The notes: generated by a model not told the origin, from the sequence alone. A DNA stretch of 37,350 nt from Thermotogota bacterium (GCA_034660555.1 JAYEJL010000158.1:1-37350); one strand, 5' to 3'; positions 26,496 to 37,205 are shown, numbered from the stretch's first letter. Program-made: numbers and translations.

Positions 26496-27887
26496 ATGAA
26501 CAATGTGTTCATTGATGATCAAAGCTTTAATTTCAAACACAGTACTAGATATTCTGCAAAAAGTAAACCTGGTATAAGAAAAGGATTGATTGAGGAGATA
26601 TCTTCATATAAAAATGAGCCAGAATGGATGCTTAAACACAGATTAGATTCACTCGAAGTGTTCAAAAATATTAAAGAGCCTCGTTTTGGAGTGGATACCA
26701 GTATGCTTGATATTCAACAAATAATTCCTTATTTAAGACCAGAAGCTAACAAAGGAAATAACTGGGATGATGTGCCATACGAAATCAAGGATACCTTTGA
26801 AAGACTTGGTATTCCTGAATCAGAGCGCAAAGCTCTTGCTGGTGTTGGAGCTCAATACGATTCTGAAGTTGTATATCAGAATATTAAGAAAGAGCTGGAG
26901 AATATGGGTGTTGTTTTTTTAGATATGGAAACAGCCGTTAAAGAATTCCCAGAATTGGTCAGGAAATATTTCATGAAACTTGTTCCTGCAGATGTTCACA
27001 AATATGCAGCATTACATGGTGCTATCTGGAGCGGGGGATCATTTGTATATATTCCAGAAAATACAGAGGTTTCTTTACCTCTAGAAGCATATTTTAGGAT
27101 GAATGCTCAGGGTACCGGACAGTTTGAACATACCCTTATAATTGCTGACAGGGGTAGTAAGGTTCACTTTATAGAAGGATGTTCTGCTCCAAGATACAAT
27201 ATTCATAATCTGCATGCTGGTATGGTCGAGATTTTTGTAAAAGAGCATGCAAGTGTGAGATATTCCACCATTCAAAATTGGTCAAAAAATACTTTCAACC
27301 TTAACACCAAAAGAGCTATCGTTGAGGAAAATGGTTCCATGGAGTGGATTTCTGGTTCACTGGGTAGTGAAAAAACTATGTTATATCCTACAACTTTATT
27401 GAAAGGAAGACAATCTCATGCTTACCATCTTGGTGTAACTTATGCTGGAGAAGCTCAGCACATGGATACAGGTTCTAAAGTGATACATCTAGGAAGTGGA
27501 AGCAGCTCCAATATAGATATGAGAAGTATCAGTGTTAATGGAGGATGGGCATTTTACAGGGGACTTCTGAAAATTGCTAAAGAAGCAAGAAATTCTAGAT
27601 CTTCCGTTAAGTGTACGTCATTGATGATTGATAACAATTCCAGGGCAGACACATACCCGGTAATAGTTGTAGAGAATAATCTCTCTGATATAGGTCATGA
27701 AGCGAAAATTGGCCGAATTGGGGAGGAAGAGCTTTTTTACATAATGTCCAGGGGTCTCACAGAGGATGACGCTAAGGCTATGATTGTGAGAGGCTTTATT
27801 GAACCAATTACAAAGGAATTGCCACTTGAGTATGCTGTTGAGCTAAACAGATTAATAAACATTGAAATGAATAGCACTATAGGATAA
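26496..27887 (+). CDS. sufB: Fe-S cluster assembly protein SufB
   Basis: NEPEWML, LAGVGAQYDSEVVY, WSGGSF, GQFEHTLII, IEGCSAP, STIQNWS, HEAKIG, MSRGL, LPLEYAVELNRLI. Confidence 0.97.
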   Translation: MNNVFIDDQSFNFKHSTRYSAKSKPGIRKGLIEEISSYKNEPEWMLKHRLDSLEVFKNIKEPRFGVDTSMLDIQQIIPYLRPEANKGNNWDDVPYEIKDTFERLGIPESERKALAGVGAQYDSEVVYQNIKKELENMGVVFLDMETAVKEFPELVRKYFMKLVPADVHKYAALHGAIWSGGSFVYIPENTEVSLPLEAYFRMNAQGTGQFEHTLIIADRGSKVHFIEGCSAPRYNIHNLHAGMVEIFVKEHASVRYSTIQNWSKNTFNLNTKRAIVEENGSMEWISGSLGSEKTMLYPTTLLKGRQSHAYHLGVTYAGEAQHMDTGSKVIHLGSGSSSNIDMRSISVNGGWAFYRGLLKIAKEARNSRSSVKCTSLMIDNNSRADTYPVIVVENNLSDIGHEAKIGRIGEEELFYIMSRGLTEDDAKAMIVRGFIEPITKELPLEYAVELNRLINIEMNSTIG

Positions 27888-27900
27888 TGGAGTGATTACA

Positions 27901-29097
27901 ATGGAAAGAGTGATTGATAGAGATCATAATAATATGAAATTGATTGTACCCGGTAACAAAGGATTATCAGTGAATGATTATGGTCATCTAGAACTGAGCA
28001 GTTTTAATAAGCAAGATGGAAAAGAATATTCCAGTTTCAAAATGAAAAGATTTTTTGAATATGAAAAACTCCGTTTTCCCGACTGGAGAAAGATCTCGCT
28101 GGAGGAACTCCAATTGCCCCCACTAAAAAATGCCATGTGTTCAACTATTAAAATAAAGGGAAAGGGAATTTACAAGCCAATAAAAGAAATGAATAAGGCT
28201 GAGCGGTTCATATTTGAAAGTCTCGATTTTGAAGGATCAGATCGAAAAATTGTTTTGCTTGCAGATATTTTTAATTCAGACGGAAACATATTCAAGCATT
28301 TTGATACTCCATTAACGATAAGTACATATTCAGGTCCAAACCGTCCTTCTTATACAACAAATCTGTTTGTGATACCTGAAAATATGAAGGTGAAAATTCA
28401 TGTAAAAAACTATTCAGAAGGTTTGGTGGTAATGAATAACAGATTTCTTCTGCAGAACGGATCAAGTCTGGATATTTTGTTTTCTGGAGTTACGGATAAA
28501 AATGCTTTTAGTTTCACTAATAATTTATATAAGCTTGAGAACGGAGCTGAACTGCGGATAACGGATTTTAATATTTCAGATGGTACTGTTGTACCTCACC
28601 ACTTTGTGCTGGGTAGAGGAGAAAAAACTAAAGCAGAGATTATCCCAGCATTTCTAGTTGCAAATCGGGGTAAGATTGATTCTCAGTACGTTGTAAAACT
28701 TTCCGGTAAAGAGTCTCATGGTATAATAAATGGAATAGGAACGCTTGATGATTTTGCAAAAGCGATTTTCAGACCTTCCATACATATTGCCAGTGAAGCA
28801 AAAGGTGTAATTGGGAAAGAGCAGAGTAGTATGATTATGCTCTCTGAGAATTCATACGTACAGACAATACCGGGCTTGTTTGTAAATGAGAATGACGTAG
28901 AGGCTTCTCACGCAGCCACAGTAGATTCGATCAATGAAGAACATTTGTATTACTTAATGAGTAGAGGTTATAACTTAAGTGAAGCACGAAAGATGATAGT
29001 TGTTTCCATGTTTAATGCATTGTTTAGTAAGATAGAAAATAGCTTTGAAGAAGAATGTGAGAGGATGAAAAATGATATTGCAACAAGAATTGATTGA
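27901..29097 (+). CDS. sufD: SufD family Fe-S assembly protein
   Basis: TIPGLFVNENDVEASHAATV, LYYLMSRG; lies between sufB and sufS. SD GGAGTGA precedes ATG 27901. Confidence 0.9.
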   Translation: MERVIDRDHNNMKLIVPGNKGLSVNDYGHLELSSFNKQDGKEYSSFKMKRFFEYEKLRFPDWRKISLEELQLPPLKNAMCSTIKIKGKGIYKPIKEMNKAERFIFESLDFEGSDRKIVLLADIFNSDGNIFKHFDTPLTISTYSGPNRPSYTTNLFVIPENMKVKIHVKNYSEGLVVMNNRFLLQNGSSLDILFSGVTDKNAFSFTNNLYKLENGAELRITDFNISDGTVVPHHFVLGRGEKTKAEIIPAFLVANRGKIDSQYVVKLSGKESHGIINGIGTLDDFAKAIFRPSIHIASEAKGVIGKEQSSMIMLSENSYVQTIPGLFVNENDVEASHAATVDSINEEHLYYLMSRGYNLSEARKMIVVSMFNALFSKIENSFEEECERMKNDIATRID

Positions 29098-30292
29098 TTA
29101 TTTTGTAATCAAGAAAAAGGATTTTCCTTTATTCAACAAATATCCTGATCTTGTTTATTTAGACAGTGCAGCCACAACACAAAAACCCAAATCAGTTATT
29201 GAAACTATGAATCGTTACTATTCAAGTAAAAATGCAAATGTTCACAGAGCATTGTATGCACTGGCAGAAGAATCCACAAGAGTTTTTGAAGAATCAAGAA
29301 AAAAGGTTTCAGATTTCATTGACTGCGAGGAACGTGAAGTGATTTTTACTCGAGGAACAACAGAATCGCTAAATATGCTTGCGTATTCTCTGGCTTTCTC
29401 TAATACATATAAAACATTTGTTGTTCCAAAATTTGAGCATCACAGCAATTATGTTCCCTGGCAGCAGTTAGCTCGTCTTGGTGTAGAGTTTGTTCCTGTA
29501 AATATCGATAATGGGACTTTTTTGGTTGATGAAGTAAACAGAACAATTGATTCTGTCGATAAACCATTTGTGTTTTCAATTGCTGGTTTAACAAACAGTC
29601 TTGGTTACAGAACTCCATTCGAAGAAATAACAGATCTGGTTCACAAAAAAGGCGGAATAGTTGTTGTTGACGGTGCCCAGTTAATTCCACATGAAGAATT
29701 TTCCTTCAAGAAATCGGATGTTGATTTTGTTGCTTTTTCCGGACATAAAATGCTCGGACCTATGGGAATAGGTGCACTGGTAGGAAAGGGTGATTTGCTG
29801 GAAAAACTTAATCCTATTGAGTTTGGTGGAGAAATGATCGATAAAGTGTATGAAGAATCTACAACATTCAATAAGCTTCCATACAAGTTTGAAGCGGGAA
29901 CACCAAATGTTTCTGGAGCTGCAGGACTAGCAAAAGCCATAGATTATTTGAAAGAGATAGGTTTTTCAAAATTGAACAAATATATTGAATTTTTAACAAG
30001 TAAGGCGATTGAATCTTTGAAAAGAATAAATGGAATAACAATTTTTAGTGACAAAAAGGCTCATGGAATAGTAGGATTTTCTCATGATTATGTTCATTCT
30101 CATGACCTGGCTGAGTTACTTAGCAGATTATCAAATGTCGCAATAAGAAGCGGCCATCATTGTTCACAACTTCAAATGAAAGCGTTGGGCATTCCATCAA
30201 TGTGCCGGGCATCCTTCTATCTTTATAACACACCTGAAGATGTTGACGCACTTGTAAATGGCATAGAGAAATCTCTGAGGTGGTTTTCATGA
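29072..30292 (+). CDS. sufS: Cysteine desulfurase SufS
   Basis: VYLDSAATTQKP, NANVHR, FTRGTTE, EHHSN, DGAQ, FSGHKMLGP, FEAGTP, RSGHHC, RASFYLYNT. Confidence 0.96.
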   Translation: MILQQELIDYFVIKKKDFPLFNKYPDLVYLDSAATTQKPKSVIETMNRYYSSKNANVHRALYALAEESTRVFEESRKKVSDFIDCEEREVIFTRGTTESLNMLAYSLAFSNTYKTFVVPKFEHHSNYVPWQQLARLGVEFVPVNIDNGTFLVDEVNRTIDSVDKPFVFSIAGLTNSLGYRTPFEEITDLVHKKGGIVVVDGAQLIPHEEFSFKKSDVDFVAFSGHKMLGPMGIGALVGKGDLLEKLNPIEFGGEMIDKVYEESTTFNKLPYKFEAGTPNVSGAAGLAKAIDYLKEIGFSKLNKYIEFLTSKAIESLKRINGITIFSDKKAHGIVGFSHDYVHSHDLAELLSRLSNVAIRSGHHCSQLQMKALGIPSMCRASFYLYNTPEDVDALVNGIEKSLRWFS

Positions 30293-30717
30293 ATATTAGA
30301 GATCTTTACTCTGACATAATCCTTAAGCACTATCAGAATTCTTCAAATAAGGGTGTTTTAGATGACGCGACTGATTTAAAGGAAGGAGCTAATTTATCCT
30401 GTGGGGATGAACTGAAGGTTTTCATGAATATTGAAAACAGCACTATAGAAAAAATAACCTTTGAAGGGAACGGTTGTGCAATAAGCATAGCTTCCGCTTC
30501 TGTTATGACAGAAATACTAAAAGGAAAGAATTTGAAGCAAGCAAATGACATAATTGATAACTTCATCAAAATGCTTAAAGATAAGAATTATAATGGTGAA
30601 ATACTCGGTGATGCCGTTATTTTTGAGAGTGTCAAACAATTCCCCGTGCGTATCAAATGTGCATCTCTTGCCTGGCACACAGCAAAAGAAATTATAGAAA
30701 ATAAAAAGAACCGGTGA
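30289..30717 (+). CDS. sufU: SUF system sulfur-transfer protein SufU
   Basis: NLSCGD, GCAISIASAS, FPVRIKCASLAW. ATGA overlap with sufS. Confidence 0.95.
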   Translation: MNIRDLYSDIILKHYQNSSNKGVLDDATDLKEGANLSCGDELKVFMNIENSTIEKITFEGNGCAISIASASVMTEILKGKNLKQANDIIDNFIKMLKDKNYNGEILGDAVIFESVKQFPVRIKCASLAWHTAKEIIENKKNR

Positions 30718-30727
30718 TAACCACCGG
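30700..30727 (-). terminator. Intrinsic terminator for the minus-strand aminotransferase operon, overlapping the sufU stop
   Basis: Minus strand CCGGTGG-TTA-TCACCGG followed by TTCTTTTTATT. Confidence 0.65.
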
Positions 30728-30788
30728 CTTAACGCTGAAGTAACCCTCTATGTTATTATATAATTTAATGAAGGGTAATTTCAACTAT

Positions 30789-31985
30789 TTATACTTTTAT
30801 TTTGTTATAGGTTTTAATGCCTTCTGCAAGTATATTACAGGCTAGTCTTAATTTTTCAGTTGATAAAACATAAGCAATTCTTACTTCATTTTTCCCTCTA
30901 CCCGGTGTGCTATAAAAGCCCTGGAGCGGAGCAACCATTGTAGTTTTTTTATCGAAAGAAAAATCCGTAAGCATCCATTTCACAAAAGCTTCAGCGTCAT
31001 CCACTGGCAGTGCCACAGAGATGTAAAATGCACCCTGTGGTTTATGCATTACCACTCCATCAATTTTTGAAAGCTCTTCGTAAACCACATCTCTTCGCCT
31101 TTCATATTCATCTTTGATTTCTTCAAGATAACTGTCATTAAGTGTTAGCAATCCTATTGTGCCAAGCTGCGATATGGCAGGAGGAGATAATCTTGCCTGG
31201 GCGAATTTCATTGCGCTATTCATAACCTCTTTGTTTTTAGAAGCTATTAATCCTATTCTTGCACCACATGCGCTGAATCGTTTTGAAACACTGTCTACAG
31301 TTATTGAACGATCTCCCGGATACAGAGACAATAGTGGATATGTTTTTGTATTGTCAAAAGTGAATTCTCTATATACTTCGTCTGAAATCAAAAACAGATC
31401 GTGTTCTTTAGAAAGTTCTATAAGCTGGTCCATTTCTTCCCGTGTATATACCGTGCCTGTTGGATTTGATGGACTTGAGAAAAGTATTGCTCGTGTCTTG
31501 CCGGACAATACCTCTTCAAAGGCTTCTTTGGAAGGGAGTCTATAGCCATTTTCGACATGTGAAGTAATGGGAATTGGTTTTATGTTTAATAAACTTGCAA
31601 AACCTCTGTAGTTAGCGTAAAAAGGTTCAATAACTATGACCTCATCATTTGGATCAGCAACTGACGCAAGAGCGAAAATTATTGCTTCGCTTCCACCAGA
31701 AGTTATGATAATTTCATCAGGATTAAGCTCAATGTTCCTTCTTTTATAGTATTTGCAGAATGTTTCTCTTAACTCAATTAATCCTGCGGAATGAGAATAT
31801 GAAACAACTTTAGGACCATGTTTATTGATATAGGCCATAAAAACGTCCGGAGTTTCAATGTCAGGTTGTCCAATATTTAGGTGAAATACTTCTATGCCTT
31901 TTTCTTTTGCTTTATCAGCGAATGGAACAAGTTTTCTAATCGGTGAAGAGGGCATGTTTTTTGCTCTGTTGGAAATGCCAGCCAT
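30789..31985 (-). CDS. Class I PLP-dependent aminotransferase (aspartate aminotransferase-like)
   Basis: SPIRKL, LNIGQPD, SPSNPTG, ISDEVY, DSVSKRFSACGARIG, PQGAFY, EVRIAY. SD AAGGAGGT precedes ATG 31985. Confidence 0.93.
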   Translation of the reverse strand: MAGISNRAKNMPSSPIRKLVPFADKAKEKGIEVFHLNIGQPDIETPDVFMAYINKHGPKVVSYSHSAGLIELRETFCKYYKRRNIELNPDEIIITSGGSEAIIFALASVADPNDEVIVIEPFYANYRGFASLLNIKPIPITSHVENGYRLPSKEAFEEVLSGKTRAILFSSPSNPTGTVYTREEMDQLIELSKEHDLFLISDEVYREFTFDNTKTYPLLSLYPGDRSITVDSVSKRFSACGARIGLIASKNKEVMNSAMKFAQARLSPPAISQLGTIGLLTLNDSYLEEIKDEYERRRDVVYEELSKIDGVVMHKPQGAFYISVALPVDDAEAFVKWMLTDFSFDKKTTMVAPLQGFYSTPGRGKNEVRIAYVLSTEKLRLACNILAEGIKTYNKIKV

Positions 31986-32016
31986 TTTTGAACCTCCTTT
32001 TTTCGTTAATAACAAT

Positions 32017-33453
32017 TTATAGATCAAGTATTTCTATTAGTTGCCAGTCATCACCAGAATCCCCAGGGAAGCAATTTTCAGTATTTGATTTATTTAACCT
32101 GAACGTTTTGCTTGAAATAAGTGTTTCATTAAGCAGTATATTTACTTTGCCCGCGATAGGCTGGTTGATCTCATAAGCATGGACATATATTTCATAACTT
32201 CCCGGAATTATTTTTTCCAATATATAGTATTCTACACCTTCACTTCCTGTTTGAACATCATCTATCAGGCGTCCAAAGTTTTCTTTATTCAAGAAATACA
32301 CCCAGCCAGAGGGTTCCTGTACATATAAGTCTATATCAGCATTTTCATCTTCCCAGTCAAGAAAGATTTCTAACGTTGATTGTTTTTCCTTAACAGCAAG
32401 GAATTCTTTATTTAATAAGGTCTTCCCTCGATTTCCAGAAACTGTGATATGAATTGAATTAAGCCCTTCTATCAGTTTTACGTCAAAGTAAAATTCATCA
32501 TCATTAAGCGAAAAAGAGATAGGGGAATTATTTTGGGTTACAGAAATACTATTGTAGCTTCCCTGTACTGAGCCCTTAATTTGTAGAATATCACCAGGTA
32601 TGTAACCATATTTTTCAAAATCCCTGTAAAGAATAATTTTTGGTTTTTCTGTTGCAGGAGCAGTGAATGTTTTTTCATTTTCAAACAACGAAATGGTACG
32701 CAAAGGAATGTTTACACCTGTACTCTCATACGAAAGCTTCACTAAATAGCTTTTAATTTCGCGTATTATTGAATATGCTTCATGAATTTGAGGATAGTCA
32801 ATAAAAGAAACGTTGTCGATTTCAAATTTCGGGTTGTTATTGCAAACTACTATCATGTAACAACCCGTTGTGGTAAGTTTTTTTGAGATTTCTTTTATTC
32901 TTTCGATCTCGATATTTGAAAATCCATCTTGATCTGTAAACACAAAAAAGACTGACGGTGAGTCAGTTTTATTAATGATGTTATTTAAATACTCCAGCGG
33001 TTGTTCATCAGGACTATCAACATTGCTGAATAAAGATCTCACAACGGAATCGATTTCCAGCGGATCGGTTTCTGTTATAGAATGAACATAATTCTCCAGC
33101 GTATAGAAGTGGAAGGCTTTTTTTGTACTTGTATTTGAAGTTGATGCGTAAATTTCTTCGAGTGCTTTTTGGACTGATTTTATTCTATTGTTCATTGAGA
33201 GAGAGGTATCGACAAAGAAATAAAAGTCCAATGATTGTGTTACAACTTCCTTTAAAACAGTAATGTTGTAGGGTAGGATTCTACCATTTTCTTTAAAGTT
33301 ACATTCACTAACAGGATAATATCCCTTCAACGATGCTAAAATACTGACCAATGGAAAATCAGACAAAACTACGTCCAGGTATTCAACCATTGAAAATGAA
33401 ATAACAGATACCATAACAAACAATGTAAATAAAGCCAGTATTTTTAGTTTCAT
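32017..33453 (-). CDS. Exported protein with VWA (intact MIDAS), Ig-like and YfaP/DUF2135-like domains
   Basis: Signal peptide; FFVDTSLSM (DxSxS) and FVFTD; LIEGLNSIHITV; LDWEDENADIDLYVQEPSG...DDVQTG..GVE...PGSYEIYVH. Start ATG 33453 (alternative GTG 33462). Confidence 0.75.
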   Translation of the reverse strand: MKLKILALFTLFVMVSVISFSMVEYLDVVLSDFPLVSILASLKGYYPVSECNFKENGRILPYNITVLKEVVTQSLDFYFFVDTSLSMNNRIKSVQKALEEIYASTSNTSTKKAFHFYTLENYVHSITETDPLEIDSVVRSLFSNVDSPDEQPLEYLNNIINKTDSPSVFFVFTDQDGFSNIEIERIKEISKKLTTTGCYMIVVCNNNPKFEIDNVSFIDYPQIHEAYSIIREIKSYLVKLSYESTGVNIPLRTISLFENEKTFTAPATEKPKIILYRDFEKYGYIPGDILQIKGSVQGSYNSISVTQNNSPISFSLNDDEFYFDVKLIEGLNSIHITVSGNRGKTLLNKEFLAVKEKQSTLEIFLDWEDENADIDLYVQEPSGWVYFLNKENFGRLIDDVQTGSEGVEYYILEKIIPGSYEIYVHAYEINQPIAGKVNILLNETLISSKTFRLNKSNTENCFPGDSGDDWQLIEILDL

Positions 33454-33458
33454 TGTTT

Positions 33459-36400
33459 TCACCTTACGGTGATCTCACGGTTTTCTGTCAAAAGTTTTAT
33501 CCCTTTTCCATCAGGAAGAATTTCGATATCTATGAATTCATCGTATTCGTTGTACATCATGTATTTGTATCCATCAGTAACCGGGAAAAAGCTTCCTTTT
33601 CCAGGCGGCGTCTGTACATAATTGTTAATCATTTCGTCTAATGAGACGATAATGTAATCAGCCCCCTTTGAGTGGAGGTTTTTGCCAGCAAAAATGAATT
33701 CTCTAATTCCGTCGCTATTATAGTCCTCCAGTTCTGCTACATTAATTGGTCCCGGATGCCAGAGTTCTCCCGAAATTTTTCCAGTATCATCGATAATTGC
33801 AACCATACTACTCAGGATTTCTTTATTGTCCTGGTCGAAACAATTGGCAATCAGAGCGAAATATGTATCGTTATTGTGTTCGAATTTAATAAGTTTCTTA
33901 AATTTATAGTTTGGATAAATTGCATATATTCTTCTTTCGCCAATAACTCTTTCCCACAAAACGCTATTTTCAGCTGACAATGCGGTCAACACAAGGTTGC
34001 TTTGAGATTTACTTATCGTGTCTTTATCTAGGTCTCTAACTAGTAAAATATCCTTGACTTTATCCCTGTTGAAATCGTACTCCAAAGGTACAATATCTTT
34101 TGTCCCTTTAAACTCTTTGATCCACTTTTTGCCGTTTTCTAGAAAGGCTTCAACCAGATTCTCTGATACTTTATAGTCAATTTGCTGAGGTATGTTAACT
34201 TCTTTCTTTTCAGAAAGTTCAGAAACATAAAGACCTGAAAGTGTTCTTACATAGTAGCTTTTAATATCGGGTTTATAATCAACTTCTATCATTCCTCTGC
34301 CATAAGCAGTATCGATATATTTGAAGTTGCCATAGCTTGTTTCACCCCATACTTCGTAAAATGCTGCTCTATCTTTACCTATCATAAGCTGAGCCGTGTT
34401 TTCTGTACGAACGACAGCATCTAAAAATGGCGTAACTAATAAAGGTGATGTTTTTTGGCTTAATATTGTTTCAACAACATCACGTGAGAAGTCTATACCG
34501 GTATTTTGCAAAGAATCCTTACCAGAAAAAAGGCCTTCAATATAAACTATTCTTGAGCTGCCAAGATTCCACAAAAGTACCGGATAATTTTCACCTAATA
34601 TTTCACCCTCTTTATATTTAACAGTTTCAATGAAATGGATAGGTAGATTTTTTACAACAAAATTGTTTATGTCTATACTTTTCAGTTCACTGGTTGTTTT
34701 CCATAACGAATCACCAATTAAAACATCATTTCCAGGTTTTTCACTCCGAAGGAAATCTGCGGAAGTAAAGATTAATTCAGAAAAGAAATTGTTAGGATCA
34801 TACAGGGGTCTTGATGGCATTTCAAGGGATTCAGAATTAGTTACTTGATCCTCTGTTGTTGTGAGTCCAATCAGCTCGGTAATATAAACTCCAGAACCTG
34901 AAAGAATCATAAGTCCATCTGAAGCAAGAAATGAATTTATTAGTTGATGAATATCGCTATCAAACAATTCCTTCGTTTCCAGTCTTGATGCGTCACTAAA
35001 TCCAAAAAAGAGTATTTCAAAGGATTTAACAATTGACGAATTTTCTTTGAGCGTTTCCAGTGAAATTTTAGTGACAGAGAAACCAAGGTTTTCAAAGAAA
35101 TCATATGCAGCATCTAAATCTTGCTTAAATTTATTAATGTCAACAAGAGCAACATCCCCGGTACCGAGATATTTCATTTCGATCAGTGTTGGAGCAGTTA
35201 TTTTGAAGCTAGTGCAAAGACTTTTTGTTTGGCTTTCTATACCATTTAGTATCCAGCCCGCAAATAATAGGTCTCCAATTTCGTCAGCACAGAGCTCTAT
35301 GCTGTTGTTTTCAACGACCCAGTAAGTGGTATCCTCTCCTATACGTTTGCCATTTTCGTCTATTTTTCTTACAACGACTTTGAAAGACTTTTCATAAATT
35401 GCCTCAATTGTAGTAGGAGAGTTCAGTTTAACATCAATGTTTGTAGATGATCCTAAGTTTTTCCAGGAAGAAAATTTATATTCAGTATCATCACCATCAA
35501 TTCTTGTCGATTCATCAACTTTGAAGCTTCTTGGATAAATCGTTGCGTTTACCACTGATTCCAGAGGGTATTGACCGCAAAAAGGGTCATTATACTCAAC
35601 ATTGTTTACCTGATAGTAAGTGTCTGATTCCAGTTTTTGAGGTAGATTTGTTTCTATGTACAATGGTACTTCCGGCTTAAGTATTCGTACTGGATCAAAT
35701 GTTTTCCAATCTTTGCCCGTTGATTTTGGTGAAGTATTTTCCTGATTTGCATCGCTGGAATTAAACGTAAAATTTTCCTTGAATACAACTTTTTCTCTTG
35801 ATTGTTCTCCAGGGAAAATCCATCTCACTGTAAATTCACAATTAATTATCTCTTTTTGTTCGCTACCGGAGAAAATATGAACTTTTGGGTAGTACAAACC
35901 TTCAGTTATCTCGCTAAAGGGTATTTCGTACAACTCAAAACCACTCTGTTCATCAGTTGTTAGTTTCCCGGGATTTTCGCTATTCATAAAATACATTATT
36001 TCTCCGTCAGGAAGCGTTACATAAAGATCTAAATCTGCTGTAGTATCATCCCATTTAACCAAAAATTGTAGCGAATTATCCTTTGGATACAGTATATTGA
36101 AAGTTTTTGATGTTCGCCCTGCAAGATTTGTTGCTGTAACGGTAATTTTATTTTCACCGCTGACAAGAAGTAAGTTATGAGTAAAGGAATCATCTTCATC
36201 AAGTGACAGGGTTTTAATCTCCTGAGGAAGCGTTTCCCCGTCACTGGTTACCTTTTCATGATTGATCGAAATATTGGTAACGTCTTTTCCTTCTACATAA
36301 CCACTAATGAAAAGATATGGTTTATTGAATGTCACACCATCTCGTGGTCTTTCAACATGAATTATGGGAGGGTTGTAAGAAATATCACTTGTTATTCCAG

Positions 36401-37205
36401 AGTATTTTAAAGTGCTGAAATTTTCTTTCTGGGTTGCATCATTATCAATTATTTCTACACTGATTGTTTCAAAACCTTCAAGAATTTCTTGTTTAATAGA
36501 AATCTCGTAAATATAAAAACCCTTACGAAGACTACATTTTACTTCTGACTCGTCAATACTAGACCCATCTTTTTGGTAAATTGACGCATCCTCAACTATC
36601 AGGTTACCCGGGATAATATGAAATTCATTATCATCCAAAAACAATTTAACAGCATCACCATACTCCATGAGATCGTGGCTTGGTGAAGGCAGAGGGACAT
36701 CATCATTCACAATTATGAGAAAGTAATAATTATCTCCATCTTTAGCTGTCTTAAGGACTGCGCTAAGATCACTATTCCCGGCTATTTCCTTTCCTGTTGC
36801 AGAGCTAAAATCTTTGGTTAAACGAGCTCCTGAAATATTTGCCCAGTCATGATAAGAAGCATCAATATTAATAGTTCTTCCTTGTTCGAGTGTAAATAAT
36901 GGAAGCGTTGACTCTTTGAAAGAGGGTATGTTATAAGTTATTTCTTCGTTCTCAACTTTTACTGTGGCTTCCTCTTTTGACTTTGGATTATCACTTATGT
37001 AGGTTATGATTAACTCATCCTGCTTTCTTTTTGAATCAAGAATTTCAATAGAACTCCCATTCTCTGTTACAGGTGGGATCTCATTTGCTCCTAATAATTT
37101 GAGCTCTACAATGGGAAAACCCGCAGGGTTAACAGAAACAATTTTCAAAGCAAAAGTGCTTATACCAGCCAGTAGTAGAATAATTATTATAAAAGCATTT
37201 CTCAT
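33459..37205 (-). CDS. Large exported multidomain protein (CBM9/DOMON-like, Ig-like, YfaP-like, B-repeat-like, GATase-like, FG-GAP-like)
   Basis: Signal peptide; INIDASYHDW...DLSA..KTAKDGDNYYFLIIVNDD; GENKITVTATNLAG; KWDDTTADLDLYVTLPDG; DFNRDKVKDIL and DYNSDGIREF. Confidence 0.72.
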   Translation of the reverse strand: MRNAFIIIILLLAGISTFALKIVSVNPAGFPIVELKLLGANEIPPVTENGSSIEILDSKRKQDELIITYISDNPKSKEEATVKVENEEITYNIPSFKESTLPLFTLEQGRTINIDASYHDWANISGARLTKDFSSATGKEIAGNSDLSAVLKTAKDGDNYYFLIIVNDDVPLPSPSHDLMEYGDAVKLFLDDNEFHIIPGNLIVEDASIYQKDGSSIDESEVKCSLRKGFYIYEISIKQEILEGFETISVEIIDNDATQKENFSTLKYSGITSDISYNPPIIHVERPRDGVTFNKPYLFISGYVEGKDVTNISINHEKVTSDGETLPQEIKTLSLDEDDSFTHNLLLVSGENKITVTATNLAGRTSKTFNILYPKDNSLQFLVKWDDTTADLDLYVTLPDGEIMYFMNSENPGKLTTDEQSGFELYEIPFSEITEGLYYPKVHIFSGSEQKEIINCEFTVRWIFPGEQSREKVVFKENFTFNSSDANQENTSPKSTGKDWKTFDPVRILKPEVPLYIETNLPQKLESDTYYQVNNVEYNDPFCGQYPLESVVNATIYPRSFKVDESTRIDGDDTEYKFSSWKNLGSSTNIDVKLNSPTTIEAIYEKSFKVVVRKIDENGKRIGEDTTYWVVENNSIELCADEIGDLLFAGWILNGIESQTKSLCTSFKITAPTLIEMKYLGTGDVALVDINKFKQDLDAAYDFFENLGFSVTKISLETLKENSSIVKSFEILFFGFSDASRLETKELFDSDIHQLINSFLASDGLMILSGSGVYITELIGLTTTEDQVTNSESLEMPSRPLYDPNNFFSELIFTSADFLRSEKPGNDVLIGDSLWKTTSELKSIDINNFVVKNLPIHFIETVKYKEGEILGENYPVLLWNLGSSRIVYIEGLFSGKDSLQNTGIDFSRDVVETILSQKTSPLLVTPFLDAVVRTENTAQLMIGKDRAAFYEVWGETSYGNFKYIDTAYGRGMIEVDYKPDIKSYYVRTLSGLYVSELSEKKEVNIPQQIDYKVSENLVEAFLENGKKWIKEFKGTKDIVPLEYDFNRDKVKDILLVRDLDKDTISKSQSNLVLTALSAENSVLWERVIGERRIYAIYPNYKFKKLIKFEHNNDTYFALIANCFDQDNKEILSSMVAIIDDTGKISGELWHPGPINVAELEDYNSDGIREFIFAGKNLHSKGADYIIVSLDEMINNYVQTPPGKGSFFPVTDGYKYMMYNEYDEFIDIEILPDGKGIKLLTENREITVR

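Noticed and set aside
26496..27887. Intein in SufB
   Set aside because: The length (463 aa) is normal and motifs are contiguous, with no splicing or endonuclease motifs.
25743..30717. sufCBDSU order lacking sufA/sufE as a novel system
   Set aside because: SufS-SufU type SUF systems are well known, and this order matches what is known for Thermotoga.
30736..30783. Long imperfect inverted repeat between sufU and the aminotransferase gene as a possible ncRNA or MITE
   Set aside because: It is AT-rich with mismatches, single-copy in the window and has no target-site duplication. It is most simply a 3' UTR structure.
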